From the IMG/VR virus record IMGVR_UViG_3300045988_124394: DNA of 39,692 nucleotides; one strand, given 5' to 3'. The translations under genes and the position numbers were made by a program. Below, piece by piece: positions 39,419-39,692 of the stretch. Position 1 is the first letter of the stretch; every line of letters starts with the position of its first letter. The stretch comes from a virus. The notes under the pieces were generated by a model, which saw only the letters and a list, made by a program, of their open reading frames with translations, did not search any database and was not told where the DNA came from.

Positions 39419-39692
39419 ATGGAAGTACATATCTACATAGGGACAGATAGTAAAGCCCCGAAGTCATGTACAAGAAAGTACGGATATGTACTGGAATGTA
39501 ATTTGAGAGGGACACCATGGACAAAGGAAAAGTTCGGAGAAGCGGCCGGAACGTATCACAGCATAGTCCTTCGTGCGCTTATCGAAGCAATGAAAAGACT
39601 CACAAAACCAAGTGAAGTACATATCCACACAGAGGATGTGTATATCCTGTCCATGCTGGAAAACAATGTGGATAACTGGGCAGAGAACGGCT
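39419..39692 (+). CDS. RNase H-like protein, N-terminal part (continues at nt 56..201 after circular closure; merged product 139 aa)
   Basis: ATG 39419 lies 1 nt after the Rep stop. The ORF is open to the window end and in frame with 1..201 (39638-39419=219). Translation MEVHIYIGTDSK..YVLEC..HIHTEDVYI..NWAENGY.. resembles the RNase HI acidic-residue layout. Confidence 0.5.
   Translation, partial: MEVHIYIGTDSKAPKSCTRKYGYVLECNLRGTPWTKEKFGEAAGTYHSIVLRALIEAMKRLTKPSEVHIHTEDVYILSMLENNVDNWAENG
39638..39692. repeat. Second copy of the 55-nt end overlap
   Basis: Identical to nt 1-55. Confidence 0.95.

Larger units (their letters stand above)
1..39692. mobile_element. Complete circular temperate siphovirus-like phage genome (unique length about 39,637 bp)
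   Basis: Full set of lysogeny, replication, packaging, head, tail and lysis modules. The ends overlap by 55 identical nt. There is no tail sheath gene, but a tube protein, chaperones and a 991-aa tape measure are present. Confidence 0.9.

Noticed and set aside
1-39692. Genome-wide stop-codon reassignment (TAG to Gln or TGA to Trp), as reported in some gut phages, as an explanation for the three in-frame stops
   Set aside because: All three stop codons end well-supported genes at tightly coupled junctions. TGA is used in ATGA/GTGA/TTGA overlaps at 688, 4484, 17052, 17429 and 22097. TAG precedes strong SDs at 2604, 14278 and 16081. The interruptions involve both TAG and TGA and sit in early genes, not late genes. 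No suppressor tRNA gene is visible. Local read-through or nonsense mutation remains possible.
1-39692. CRISPR array, tRNA/tmRNA genes, diversity-generating retroelement, transposase/IS
   Set aside because: No regularly spaced repeats were seen. No T-loop or cloverleaf-like sequence was seen in any non-coding gap (6930-7170, 28215-28411, 31310-31617, 32728-32904, 38526-38691). No reverse-transcriptase or transposase-like ORF was seen, and no TR/VR-type long near-repeat near the fibre gene.

Overview
The window is a complete, circularly closed temperate siphovirus-type phage genome. About 39,637 bp are unique, and nt 1-55 repeat exactly at 39638-39692. The host is probably a low-GC Gram-positive (Clostridia-like) bacterium, judged from strong AGGAGG-type SDs, GTG/TTG starts and the recognisable gene families. 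Layout: (i) an early/replication module on the + strand (35766..39692, wrapping to 1..6929). It has a Cro-like HTH, a Rha antirepressor, an HUH rolling-circle Rep, an RNase H-like gene spanning the junction, PcfK-/PcfJ-like genes and many small unknown ORFs. (ii) A late module on the + strand (7171..28214): terS, terL, portal, a MuF-fusion protein, scaffold, capsid, connectors, tail tube, chaperones, tape measure, baseplate and a tail fibre with an SGNH esterase end. (iii) A visibly AT-rich island with an oppositely oriented Abi-alpha-like gene (28412..29182). (iv) A lysis cassette (29661..31309). (v) An att region and a minus-strand lysogeny operon (31618..35634): integrase, a zinc-ribbon membrane protein, a TM2-Mrr nuclease fusion, an ImmA-like protease, a RelE-like toxin with a small partner, and an XRE repressor. 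No tRNA, rRNA, CRISPR array, reverse transcriptase or transposase was seen. The candidates most worth follow-up are: the membrane-anchored Mrr-nuclease pair; the toxin pair nested inside the repressor/ImmA cassette; the autonomous Abi-alpha island; a terminator-insulated lipoprotein cassette in the head module; the MuF-metallopeptidase fusion; three early ORFs interrupted by single in-frame stop codons; and a CTTGATA nick-site-like motif just upstream of Rep. All family assignments rest on motif recognition by eye and need HMM or BLAST confirmation.
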